A stretch of 59,219 bases of DNA, taken from a virus. Its lineage: Duplodnaviria > Caudoviricetes. Location of the stretch: positions 1-59,219 of IMG/VR virus record IMGVR_UViG_3300050011_000072; one strand, written 5' to 3'. Shown here one piece after another: positions 15,809 through 24,661 of the stretch. Position 1 is the first letter of the stretch. Every line of letters begins with the position of its first letter. Below the pieces are notes generated by a model. It did no database searches and was not told where the DNA came from. It worked only from the letters and a program-made list of their open reading frames with translations. A program made the position numbers and the translations under genes.

Positions 15809-18001
15809 ATGATTACGCACGAACTAATTCAGGGATCGCCGGAATGGCTGGCATACCGCGCAAACCATTTTAACGCTAGCGATGCGCCGGCCATGATGGG
15901 CGAGTCGATTTACAAGACGCGCACGCGGTTGATGCACGAAATGCATACCGGAATATCGGCTGAAATCGATGACGCAACACAATCTCTATTCAATGATGGG
16001 CACCGATTCGAGGCGTCTGCCCGCCCGCTTGCCGAAAAATTAATCGGCGACGACCTATACCCTGTTACCGGGTCGAACGGAAAGTTTTCGGCATCGTTCG
16101 ACGGCTTGACGATGGATGATTCGACGGCGTTTGAACACAAGAGCCTGAATGATGAACTGCACACTTTGATGGTAGATGGATTTGATGGAGCTGATCTTCC
16201 ACTCATGTATCGAATCCAGATGGAGCAGCAATGCCTTGTGTCGGGTGCTGATCGCGTCCTATTCATGGCGTCAAAATGGTCTGGCGATGAATTGGTTGAA
16301 GAGCGCCATTGTTGGTATAATTCAAACGGATTTTTGCGCGCCGAGATTATTGCCGGTTGGGAGCAATTTGAAAAAGACCTTGCCGAATATACCCCAGTCG
16401 AAGTTATCGCGCCCGTCGTCGCGACACCAACTAAAGACCTACCTGCGCTGTCGATTCAGGTCAACGGCTCAATCAGCCTAATTTCCAATCTTGACCGTTT
16501 CGGAGTCATGCTTAACGAGTTTATCAAAGGCATTAATCAGAAGCCAAACGATGATCAAGGCTTTGCCGATGCCGATGCAGCTTGCAAGACGTTGCAGAAG
16601 GCCCAGGACGCACTGGAAGCCGCTGAAGCCAATGCGCTGACCCAAACATCAAGCATTGACGATATGCGCCGCACGGTGAAGCTGTACACTGACACGGCCA
16701 GAGTAACACGGCTTGCCCTTGAAAAAGTCGTCAAGGCTCGTAAGGAATCAATTCGCGTCGAAATCGTCACCGAAGGGAAATTGAAGTTCGCCGACCATAT
16801 CGCGGCGCTGAATATGCGCCTCGGCAAGCCTTATATGCCGGTCGTAGCGGCTGACTTCGGCGGCGTCATCAAGAGCTTGCGGACGATCGCATCGGTTCGC
16901 AATGCCGTCGATACCGAGCTGGCCCGCGTCAAGATCGAATCGAATGCCATTGCCGACAAGATAGACATCAATCTCAAGTGCTTGCACGAACAAGTAAAAG
17001 ACCATGCTTTCCTGTTCGCCGATACCGGTGTCATTGTCATGAAAGAAAATGCCGACCTGATTTTATTAGTCAAGTCGCGCATTGATGATCACACTAAAGC
17101 GGAAGCAGAAAAAGCCGATGCATTGCGGGCGCAGACTCAAAAGGAAGAGGAAGTCAAGGCGACCGCCAAAGCAGCCAAAGCAGCCAAAGACGCGCAGGAT
17201 AAAGCAGATGAAGAGGCGCGCGTGAAGGCGCAGGCAGAGGAGATTGCATTTATGCGCAAGGAACTGGAAGCGCAGCGCATTGCCAACCAGATCGCCGCCA
17301 AGGAAGCGGCGGACAAAGCTGCTGCCGCATGGCAGGCAGAGCGAGTAGCGCAAGAGGCTGAACTTGCTGCCGAACGCGCTGAAGCGGCCAGGTTGCAGGC
17401 TATTGAGGATGAGCGACGGCGTATTAACGACCTTGACATTGAGCGCCAACAAGCGGCGGTCCGTGCGGAATATGCCGAAATTGAAAAGAAAATGGTGATT
17501 GAGCGCGCAGAGATTGCCGAAGCCCAGGCCCGTATCGACGCGCACAATGCGGCAGCGGCCAAAGTTGAAGAACATCGGCGCGCTGTAGCGGAACGTACAG
17601 CCGCACTACAACGCGAAGCCGATCATCCGTCTCAATATGAGACTTCGCTTATTCCTGATTCGCAGAAAGTCACCTGTGAATACTGCGATGGCACTGGCGA
17701 TGTACACGGTATTGATGGCGAATGGCGCGGCAGATGCTATGCATGCGATGCGCTCGCTAAACCTGTACGCCTGCGCAAACCGATGAAGCAAACCGATGAA
17801 GCGCCGCCCGTCTTAATCAACCTCGGGCGCATCAATGCCATCCTGAACGGACCGACAGTATCGTCGGAATTTCTTGCGGCAAAAGGGTTCATCGCGATCC
17901 AGCAAAAGAATGCTAAGATGTATCGCCAATCCGACGTCGGTGCAATTTGCGGCGCCATCGTATGGCACATTCAGGCTGTCATTTTGGAGAATAAATCATG
18001 A
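15809..18001 (+). CDS. YqaJ/lambda-Exo family exonuclease with long helical extension
   Basis: QGSPEWLAYR, ASDAPAMMG, GHRFE, ASFDG, FEHK, YRIQMEQQ; long E/A/K-rich coiled coil; CEYCDGTG...CYAC. Confidence 0.88.
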   Translation: MITHELIQGSPEWLAYRANHFNASDAPAMMGESIYKTRTRLMHEMHTGISAEIDDATQSLFNDGHRFEASARPLAEKLIGDDLYPVTGSNGKFSASFDGLTMDDSTAFEHKSLNDELHTLMVDGFDGADLPLMYRIQMEQQCLVSGADRVLFMASKWSGDELVEERHCWYNSNGFLRAEIIAGWEQFEKDLAEYTPVEVIAPVVATPTKDLPALSIQVNGSISLISNLDRFGVMLNEFIKGINQKPNDDQGFADADAACKTLQKAQDALEAAEANALTQTSSIDDMRRTVKLYTDTARVTRLALEKVVKARKESIRVEIVTEGKLKFADHIAALNMRLGKPYMPVVAADFGGVIKSLRTIASVRNAVDTELARVKIESNAIADKIDINLKCLHEQVKDHAFLFADTGVIVMKENADLILLVKSRIDDHTKAEAEKADALRAQTQKEEEVKATAKAAKAAKDAQDKADEEARVKAQAEEIAFMRKELEAQRIANQIAAKEAADKAAAAWQAERVAQEAELAAERAEAARLQAIEDERRRINDLDIERQQAAVRAEYAEIEKKMVIERAEIAEAQARIDAHNAAAAKVEEHRRAVAERTAALQREADHPSQYETSLIPDSQKVTCEYCDGTGDVHGIDGEWRGRCYACDALAKPVRLRKPMKQTDEAPPVLINLGRINAILNGPTVSSEFLAAKGFIAIQQKNAKMYRQSDVGAICGAIVWHIQAVILENKS

Positions 18002-18378
18002 GCTTTGACGAACAACCAGATGCACCATTGCACGGTGAATGTGAGGCTGAAATTCATCGACTCGAAGCGCAGGTAAAGATGCTGCGTGATTGCATCGCAT
18101 ACACCGAATCGGCGTACAGGCTGAATGTTGTAAAAGATGATGGCCCAAGTTCAACACTGGAAAACATGCAAAGAGCACTTGCCGCAACCGAGCCAGATAC
18201 CGAAAATGCCAAAGCCGATAGTGTTGTATTGGCTGGCAGCATTGAAACACGCGTGTTCACGAGCGGCGGCGGCGGTGCAGGTGCTACCGCATTGACCGGC
18301 GGCGCAGGATACGGCGGCGGCGGTTTCCCTTGGTCTGTAGGTGCCAGCGTTGGCGATGGCGGGAGGAATGGGAAATGA
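17998..18378 (+). CDS. Hypothetical protein with Gly-rich C-terminus
   Basis: Coupled ORF, GGAG RBS. Confidence 0.55.
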   Translation: MSFDEQPDAPLHGECEAEIHRLEAQVKMLRDCIAYTESAYRLNVVKDDGPSSTLENMQRALAATEPDTENAKADSVVLAGSIETRVFTSGGGGAGATALTGGAGYGGGGFPWSVGASVGDGGRNGK

Positions 18379-18923
18379 AAACTGAAGCTAAAATTATTCT
18401 TGAGACATCGCCTGATGCCGCAAGCATTAAGACGGTGACCGGGTGGGTGGCAAGCAATGGCCGATTCTGGGGCGATGATGAACGCATGGCACGATACGAT
18501 GGCAGCACGCATCGGACTTGCGAGTGCGGCGAGCTAGTTGAGCAACGCAGCTATTGCCATGCATGCCGCAGAGCGAAGGAGCTTGCCAAGTTCGCCGCCA
18601 TGGAGCGCAGGCCGTGGGATGGTGTGAGCATGATCTATTCCTACGCGCTAGATAGGTATTTTCGGGATACCAATGACGTGATTGATTTTTGCCATGATGA
18701 GGAAGTCACCCCGGCAGACTTGCGCTTGATTTTGTGCGAGCCGACGTTCGCACGGGAAATAGATGAAAGCGAACATTTTAGCGATGATCTACCGGAAGAT
18801 GGCGACGTTCCGGCCGATCTGGTCGATGCGTTTGAGGCGCTCAATAAAGTGATACGTGAGTGCAAAACGCCGTTATCATGGTTTCCCGGTAAATTCGCGC
18901 TTGATCTGGATGGCATTGAATAA
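18375..18923 (+). CDS. Conserved phage hypothetical protein with Zn-ribbon
   Basis: GWVASNGRFWGDDERMARYDGSTHRTCECG...CHAC. Confidence 0.75.
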   Translation: MKTEAKIILETSPDAASIKTVTGWVASNGRFWGDDERMARYDGSTHRTCECGELVEQRSYCHACRRAKELAKFAAMERRPWDGVSMIYSYALDRYFRDTNDVIDFCHDEEVTPADLRLILCEPTFAREIDESEHFSDDLPEDGDVPADLVDAFEALNKVIRECKTPLSWFPGKFALDLDGIE

Positions 18924-19007
18924 TCAATCCGGCGCATCTTTCCGTTTCTGCCGATAGTCTATCTTGCCGGTCCAGAACTGAATCCAGAAGTTGAGGAACA
19001 TCATCAT
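18924..19007 (-). CDS. 27-aa aromatic/cationic peptide, last gene of the lysis cassette (not in ORF track)
   Basis: MMMFLNFWIQFWTGKIDYRQKRKDAPD; ATG overlaps the lipase stop; its stop abuts the convergent gene's stop. Confidence 0.45.
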   Translation of the reverse strand: MMMFLNFWIQFWTGKIDYRQKRKDAPD

Positions 19008-19657
19008 ATTTTCCCCAATTGCGTATCGCGCCACTTCATCAATCCCGGCATGACCGCAGCAAGCATGTGGTCGTCGAACGGGTCAATCCCTGGCGCCTGA
19101 TTATTCAGTTCGATCATGGTTTCTCGAATGTGCCGCCAAAGCAGAATATGCAGCGGCACGTCGACCACAGGGTCGCGCGCGTTGCTGAAGCTGTAGATCG
19201 TTTTGATTATCGAATTGACCAGATCGGCGTAGCCTTGATATCCTGGACGGGGCGTTTCGAGCATCACAAGCATGTCCACCGGCAAGCCTGCTTTGGCCGC
19301 CATGACTGCCATCAATGATGCATGGGGAGATCCGAGCGAGTGGCCGACGAATGCCGCGCCTTGCGGTATTTTCGGCTTAAGCCATGCCCACGCATCCTGA
19401 TATCCTTCTGTAAAGCCGAAGTGCATCGTAACGCCTAGCTCAGGCATGTAGAATGGTATCGCCGTGACGTCGTCAATGAAATCCCGTGCGTCGTTACTGC
19501 CGGCACAAGCGACGATAGGACGGCCCCATTCAGTAATTCCAAGGCCGAGATTGAAGGTGTCGGACGAATAGTAATCGGTGAATGAAACCGATTTAGCGTC
19601 GTAGGCTTGGGTGGCGAATAGCCCAAGTTGCCATACTTTTTCGGCTTCAGGTATCAT
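19004..19657 (-). CDS. Class-3 lipase-like alpha/beta hydrolase
   Basis: VACAGS, HFGF, nucleophile elbow FVGHSLG, ETPRPG, NARDPVVDVP, WRH, DHM. Confidence 0.9.
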   Translation of the reverse strand: MIPEAEKVWQLGLFATQAYDAKSVSFTDYYSSDTFNLGLGITEWGRPIVACAGSNDARDFIDDVTAIPFYMPELGVTMHFGFTEGYQDAWAWLKPKIPQGAAFVGHSLGSPHASLMAVMAAKAGLPVDMLVMLETPRPGYQGYADLVNSIIKTIYSFSNARDPVVDVPLHILLWRHIRETMIELNNQAPGIDPFDDHMLAAVMPGLMKWRDTQLGKI

Positions 19658-20067
19658 TTTGCCGACGCAGGCAAGACGTTCGGAATAATGCTTGCTGCGG
19701 CGGCGCCGGAAATGGCTGGAATTGGCAAATTTACCGCTCCTACGCCCGTGGTGGTGGTCGGCGCCGAACCGCCCAAGTTCGGCGTCTTAATCTGCGCCCC
19801 CTGAATCATCGTCATGGCATTCGTTGTCGCGCTTGACTTGACACACATCTTTTCAATGCCCTGCTGATACTGGACCGGCGATTGTACGATGTCATACCAC
19901 GGTGTCATGCAGAGCGCGAAAACCTTGGCGTTCAGGACATTCTGACCGGCGGCAATCTGATTCGTTGCGATGTTTGACTCGTACCCGGCTATAGCAGTAT
20001 TGGCTACCGTACCGCAGCCGGTCAGCGCGGCGCAGGCCAATAGTACATAAATTAGTGTGCGTTTCAA
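19654..20067 (-). CDS. Lipoprotein
   Basis: MKRTLIYVLLACAALTGC lipobox; TTG start with AGGAG RBS; two further Cys. Confidence 0.8.
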   Translation of the reverse strand: MKRTLIYVLLACAALTGCGTVANTAIAGYESNIATNQIAAGQNVLNAKVFALCMTPWYDIVQSPVQYQQGIEKMCVKSSATTNAMTMIQGAQIKTPNLGGSAPTTTTGVGAVNLPIPAISGAAAASIIPNVLPASAK

Positions 20068-20076
20068 GTGTTGCTC

Positions 20077-20316
20077 CTATTTGTGATGTACTTCAAATTG
20101 ATCGCCGCAATGCTCGCGGTCCACATGCGATTCACACCAATTTCGGTGTTCATCGGTTCGCAATGGCGGTTCATCGGCATCCAGCACGATAGCCCCGACG
20201 ATTGCCGCGCCTTCAGCGATCGCGCCCAGGTCGTCAAGCGTAGCTTGTTCGCCAGGAGTCATGTTTGCGCAGCCGGTGAGCATCCATATTGCCGACGCCA
20301 GGAAAATGGTTTTCAC
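20077..20316 (-). CDS. Small lipoprotein
   Basis: GTG start with GGGAG RBS; MKTIFLASAIWMLTGC lipobox; two C-terminal Cys. Confidence 0.7.
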   Translation of the reverse strand: MKTIFLASAIWMLTGCANMTPGEQATLDDLGAIAEGAAIVGAIVLDADEPPLRTDEHRNWCESHVDREHCGDQFEVHHK

Positions 20317-20483
20317 TGTGGACTCCCTAACATATTGACAGACAGGCCGGTGAGGGCCATTTTGAGCAGCGTTTTGATCTCTGCGCCCCCGTCCGCTGCT
20401 TTTGGTGGGAAGTATTCGAGCAGCATCCATGCGACGAGCATGAGCAGCGCCGCGGCGAGTTTGGCAATGAGTATCGGATTCAT
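20313..20483 (-). CDS. 56-aa membrane protein, holin candidate (not in ORF track)
   Basis: MNPILIAKLAAALLMLVAWMLLEYFPPKAADGGAEIKTLLKMALTGLSVNMLGSPQ; ATGA and GTGA overlaps. Confidence 0.65.
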   Translation of the reverse strand: MNPILIAKLAAALLMLVAWMLLEYFPPKAADGGAEIKTLLKMALTGLSVNMLGSPQ

Positions 20484-21826
20484 GCCAATACCCCGACTGC
20501 GTGATCTTGCATATAGGCCAAATCCTTCGCGCCGGCGCCGGCCACAATCGACGTCTGTAGCCAGCTATTCATCCATGCGACGAAAATGGATAGACCAGGT
20601 GCCGCAGGGATGCGCCCGAAGTAGGTTTGAAACACCCAAGTCACTACCTGCGCGAGCGTTGATACTTCGGTCGGCGGCGTGTAGGCGGTTGATGGCGCCC
20701 ACCCCGGCGCGGCCATGAATGCCAAGTCGCCAGCGCCAGCACTCGATACGATTTGCGCTTTCACGGCGGCAATCACAGCGTTGGCGAAAAGTGTTTGACC
20801 GCCTGGATTCGGCATACGGCCGAAATTATCGACAAACACGTATTGCACGGCTTGGTCAACCGTGCTTGCGCTTGTCGGCGGCGATAGATGTGTGGTCAAG
20901 TCAGGGCCAAGTGGACCGTTGATCACTACGCCGTTGTTCGTTACTTGCGTGACGACAAATGCAGCCGTGCAATCGCTGATAATGGCAATTGAAGCCCAAA
21001 AGAACCCTTGCTCACCCCACGCGGCGCCCCATGAATTTTGAATCTTGAAGCAGGGCGTTGCGTTGCCAGTGATCGGGTCGGTGACAGTTTCGTATCCGAC
21101 GATTCGCACACTGTGGCCGCCGATCTGGCTACCTGGATTTTGCGAACTTCCCATCGGATAATAAATCTGGCCGGCCTTCATGGTTTCAATCTGTTCGCCG
21201 ACAAGGAAATCAGCGTTGACCGCATAACCTTTGGCGAGCGCGTACATCAACCAGAATTGTTGCACCTCGTAAGTTTGCCACGAGATGAACGTCATCGGAT
21301 ATTTGGCCGGCGGCACAGGATAGTAACAACTTGTCAAAATTTTCTCAAACCCGGTAATCGTGGTATTCAGCGCCGCCGTGTATGCGGCAGTAGGCGGCAC
21401 GGCTTCGGTCAGCGTTGCATCGGTGCTAGGCCATAGCGATTCAGGGCATGAGCCGAAATATCCGGCCGCCAGCAATGCCGCCTCGGTCGTGCTGCCGGTA
21501 TCTGTCGTTGGAGGCGCCCCAAACAGGATTGTGCGCGAATTGTAATAATTGAAAAATGCCGACTGTACAGAGAAGTCAGGGCCATCGGTGCCAGGCGTCG
21601 CTTGCGCTTCCATGCCGAGGTATGCTTCGATGTTCTCGGTCAGGTCTTCCGCTGTACACATTCCGACGGTAAATTGATTTGAGATCGGCACATAGTCCAA
21701 TGTGCTTAGATCGACCGATGCCGGCAACTGTGCCGTGTAGTCAATTTTGAATATCGGATAGGTGCCGCCGCATACCGGCAATGGTTGTGTCAGTTTCGGC
21801 GGATTGAGTGCTAGATTGAATTTCAT
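20480..21826 (-). CDS. Papain-like (peptidase C1) cysteine protease with two C-terminal DUF4214-like repeats
   Basis: LPASVDL, NQFTVGMC, GGHSVRIVGY, IQNSWGAAWGEQGF; repeats VFVDNFGRMPNPGG and VFQTYFGRIPAAPGL. Confidence 0.88.
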   Translation of the reverse strand: MKFNLALNPPKLTQPLPVCGGTYPIFKIDYTAQLPASVDLSTLDYVPISNQFTVGMCTAEDLTENIEAYLGMEAQATPGTDGPDFSVQSAFFNYYNSRTILFGAPPTTDTGSTTEAALLAAGYFGSCPESLWPSTDATLTEAVPPTAAYTAALNTTITGFEKILTSCYYPVPPAKYPMTFISWQTYEVQQFWLMYALAKGYAVNADFLVGEQIETMKAGQIYYPMGSSQNPGSQIGGHSVRIVGYETVTDPITGNATPCFKIQNSWGAAWGEQGFFWASIAIISDCTAAFVVTQVTNNGVVINGPLGPDLTTHLSPPTSASTVDQAVQYVFVDNFGRMPNPGGQTLFANAVIAAVKAQIVSSAGAGDLAFMAAPGWAPSTAYTPPTEVSTLAQVVTWVFQTYFGRIPAAPGLSIFVAWMNSWLQTSIVAGAGAKDLAYMQDHAVGVLA

Positions 21827-22308
21827 GCTAAAGAACCCCCTGCTGTTGTGTAAGCGGCCTGCAGCATCGCCAGCGTATTCTCATGCTGCTGGTAGTTGTT
21901 GCCAGGGAGCGATGCCCACCGACTGCTGCACTTTTGGATTGCCGATGCAAGATTGCCAGCGTTGATGTCAGTAATCGCGCCGCACTCATGGAGTAGCTGC
22001 ACGGCTATCCTATCCTGGCTTTCAGGGCCGAAGTCTGGAAGGTGCAAAACTTCGATGTAGGCGACGGCGTATTTATGGAGGATCTGATACCGGCCGGCCG
22101 CCGTACTGTTGCACTGCCGATTTAAGACGTTTGGCGGCACGGAATAATCAGTAAAAAGTATCGGATGCCCCGCAGTGCTTCCGACCAGCACGTTATAGCC
22201 ATCGTCGGATACGGCAAGCAGCGCCGCCCCAATTTCAGATACGGCGATCATATCGAGGAATGCCGCTATATTGGCGCTCCCGAGTTGCGCCGCTGTTGAT
22301 CGCGTCAT
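21823..22308 (-). CDS. Endolysin, lambda R-like transglycosylase
   Basis: AFLDMIAVSE, DDGYNVLVG, STAAGRYQIL, LPDFGPESQD, WASLPG. Confidence 0.93.
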   Translation of the reverse strand: MTRSTAAQLGSANIAAFLDMIAVSEIGAALLAVSDDGYNVLVGSTAGHPILFTDYSVPPNVLNRQCNSTAAGRYQILHKYAVAYIEVLHLPDFGPESQDRIAVQLLHECGAITDINAGNLASAIQKCSSRWASLPGNNYQQHENTLAMLQAAYTTAGGSLA

Positions 22309-22622
22309 AAATGCGCCCAATGTCCAGTAGTCCATCCAATGCCGAGCATGGCAAGCATCTTCAGCAATTCAAACAGGGTGCTGCCGATGAACCCGCTTTG
22401 TTGCGCGATGTGAGCATCGAACTTGGTCCACAACATTTCGAGGCTCTTTTTCTCCGTCATGGAGTCTTGCTCAAGCAGGGAAATGCGCTGATTGCTTTCG
22501 ACTAGCTTTTGATACGATAGCGTTAAACTTCTCTGATCGTCAACCATTTGACCGAACGCCTTTTCAAAAGACTGAAACCGCTCATCGAGCCGCGCAAATG
22601 CAATTTCTATTGGTTCTGGCAT
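22305..22622 (-). CDS. Holin/antiholin-like protein (coiled coil plus C-terminal TM)
   Basis: Immediately upstream of and overlapping the endolysin; hydrophobic C-terminus. Confidence 0.6.
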   Translation of the reverse strand: MPEPIEIAFARLDERFQSFEKAFGQMVDDQRSLTLSYQKLVESNQRISLLEQDSMTEKKSLEMLWTKFDAHIAQQSGFIGSTLFELLKMLAMLGIGWTTGHWAHL

Positions 22623-22760
22623 TTTCTATCCTGATTTTTGTGGATTATTTTTTGCTGATTATAGCGGCTATTTATGCGATTACTTCGGATTGCTGGTAGG
22701 TCTTGCGGCGGTCTTCTGCTGGCGTCATGTGGGAGTCTCGTTTGAATAGTCGCGGTATGC

Positions 22761-22785
22761 AATAAAAACCCGCCGTAGCGGGATG
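22761..22785 (-). terminator. Intrinsic terminator
   Basis: CCCGC-TACG-GCGGG followed by TTTTTATT on the minus strand. Confidence 0.7.
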
Positions 22786-22803
22786 ATTTGTGAATATTTT
22801 TAG

Positions 22804-23223
22804 TTACCGTTTAACTGGCGTAAGCACTCGATCTTCAGACCATCCGTTTTTTATTCGAGAATATAAAGTGTTGACTGCTATACCTGTTCGCGCAGCCCAT
22901 TGGCTGACAGTCATAATTTCGCCAAAAAACTCAAAAAAATGACTGCTTTGTTTATTATTTACCTGTTGATCATTGGCTGTGATGCCGCGATACTTTCCAT
23001 CTATAAGAGACTGAGCAATACTGCGTTTCCCAATATCCTTACGCCAACACCCGCACGATTTTATTTTTCCATCTCGCAAATCAGCACAATTGACTGTTTT
23101 CTCGGCGCCACACTCGCATCGACAATGCACCTGTGCAATACCGTATTTATTTTTAGTGGGTCCGCTGATAACGGATAATTTTTCAAAACGTGCGCCGATT
23201 GGCGTAGAATCACTGACAGCCAT
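22804..23223 (-). pseudogene. HNH homing-endonuclease derivative lacking the nuclease core
   Basis: CRCECG...L.DG.IKSCGC N-terminus and EIMTVSQWA...LYSRIKNGWS C-terminus present; central DRID/NCRW region absent. Confidence 0.6.
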
Positions 23224-23254
23224 TGTTTGCTCCTTGTAAGCGGATGGTGGTTAG

Positions 23255-23288
23255 AAAGCCGCTCGGTGTTTGCGCAACGAGCGGCTTT
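23255..23288. promoter_or_regulatory. Strong hairpin in the leader of the HNH-derived gene
   Basis: AAAGCCGCTCG...CGAGCGGCTTT, 11-bp inverted repeat. Confidence 0.6.
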
Positions 23289-23301
23289 TGTTATTTTACT
23301 C

Positions 23302-23769
23302 TCATGTCAGATGATGTTCAATCACTTCTGTTGGTGAAAATCTCACCCCATTTTTTAGGTAGCGCTGCATAACCCATAGGTTAAATGGCATCATGTGCGT
23401 ACCAGAATCGCGCTCTGTATGGTGGCGGCGACAAAGTACCACTCCATTGTAATGGCAATTATCAACGAATATATATGGATCAGAGCCATCGAATGAGTCC
23501 CATGGGAAATTTGGAACATCGGCTTTTACGGCATCCCAATCAATTTCTTCCTCTGCAAAACAACGCTCCAATACCCTGTGATGCAGTTGAAGCGGTTCGC
23601 CGGCCTCCTTTTCATCGGCTCCACATATCCAGCACCGATGACCCACCTTATCCATGTACTCTTTTCTCGTGCGCTCAAATAATGCCGTCGCCTTCCTTTT
23701 GGCGTGAGCGCCAATCTCAACATCAATCGACAATGTTTCCTTCTCTTCATGCGTGTCGGTAACTGACAT
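23302..23769 (-). CDS. HNH-like Cys/His-rich protein
   Basis: RCWICG, LQLHH, NGVVLCRRHH...GTH. Confidence 0.65.
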   Translation of the reverse strand: MSVTDTHEEKETLSIDVEIGAHAKRKATALFERTRKEYMDKVGHRCWICGADEKEAGEPLQLHHRVLERCFAEEEIDWDAVKADVPNFPWDSFDGSDPYIFVDNCHYNGVVLCRRHHTERDSGTHMMPFNLWVMQRYLKNGVRFSPTEVIEHHLT

Positions 23770-23822
23770 GTTCGCTTTCTTATCCGGTCAAACTTCCATT
23801 GTTGGCGCAGCGGTAAAGATCG

Positions 23823-24206
23823 CTAGTATGTTATTACTGCGGCAAGATTCGTCGCCGTCGTGGCGCTGGTTGCCGCGCCGCCGATAAACGAAATAACGCC
23901 TGACCCGTTGATCGAAATTGTAGTGCCGTCAACCTGGACAACGCCAAGCGCCGCGCTCGTTGCCTTGGGTACGGTGATCACGCCGGCCGTATCTGTAATG
24001 ACTGTGCCATCTGGCTTGACAAGCCCTAATGTTGACGTTGTTGCTGTCGGCGCACCACTAGAGAGATCGGAATATGCCGCCTGCCCAAATGTGCCAGAGC
24101 CATTACTTTTGATCGCCCCTGTTACTAGTGCTGGCCCGGTGATGCGGCTATCGTTACCCTGCGCTGCCGCACAAATAAACGCCAGTAAAATGCCTATCTT
24201 CCTCAT
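23823..24206 (-). CDS. Short tail-fibre-repeat protein, possibly a collapsed fibre gene
   Basis: AAQGNDSRITG, ATTSTLGLVKPDG, ATSAALGVVQVDGTTI fibre-type motifs; signal-like N-terminus. Confidence 0.55.
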   Translation of the reverse strand: MRKIGILLAFICAAAQGNDSRITGPALVTGAIKSNGSGTFGQAAYSDLSSGAPTATTSTLGLVKPDGTVITDTAGVITVPKATSAALGVVQVDGTTISINGSGVISFIGGAATSATTATNLAAVITY

Positions 24207-24661
24207 TGCGGAACCCCCTGCAATATCGCCGGTATCCGAGCAGGCAGAATGTACGTCGATGCCGGTGTAGTTGCGGGTTGCTGATTTGTTACCGAAAGGT
24301 ATGTCAAACCCTCTGACAGCATGCCTTGCTGCACCATCGTTCCGCTTGTAAATGCGCGCGCCAATCGCTTTGCAAAGACCATGACGATGGGATCGGTTGA
24401 TGCGTCGATTGCGACCTCTTCAACCACGGTGAACGCGTCATAGACCTGCATCGCCGTGAGGTCGGGCAATACGACTGGCGGCACAACCGGCACAACCGGA
24501 ACGGGATTTGTCCACACGCCATTTGCGAATGTTGCGCCGTTCTCTGTTCCATTCGGAACAACGATGAATTGTGCGGCTACATCGGCGTGAAAAATAGTCG
24601 TAGGGTCAACCGTGACCACATCGACGGCCTGATTATTTACATTACGTGCGTATGTTGTCAT
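24203..24661 (-). CDS. Tail-fibre assembly/chaperone-like protein
   Basis: Follows the Gly-rich fibre; VPNGT..GATF.NG.WT.P. Confidence 0.55.
   Translation of the reverse strand: MTTYARNVNNQAVDVVTVDPTTIFHADVAAQFIVVPNGTENGATFANGVWTNPVPVVPVVPPVVLPDLTAMQVYDAFTVVEEVAIDASTDPIVMVFAKRLARAFTSGTMVQQGMLSEGLTYLSVTNQQPATTPASTYILPARIPAILQGVPQ

Noticed and set aside
19654-20483. Canonical Rz/Rz1 spanin pair or u-spanin
   Set aside because: No protein with an N-terminal TM plus long periplasmic coiled coil, no nested Pro-rich Rz1 and no clear C-terminal TM on either lipoprotein; a divergent spanin role cannot be excluded
20077-20547. 156-aa ORF as given in the track
   Set aside because: Its upstream part overlaps the protease and a better 56-aa ORF; the GTG at 20316 has an RBS and yields a proper lipobox signal
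22675-22729. 18-aa ORF MTPAEDRRKTYQQSEVIA upstream of the holin-like gene
   Set aside because: Too short to support; may be a relic of an earlier lysis gene start
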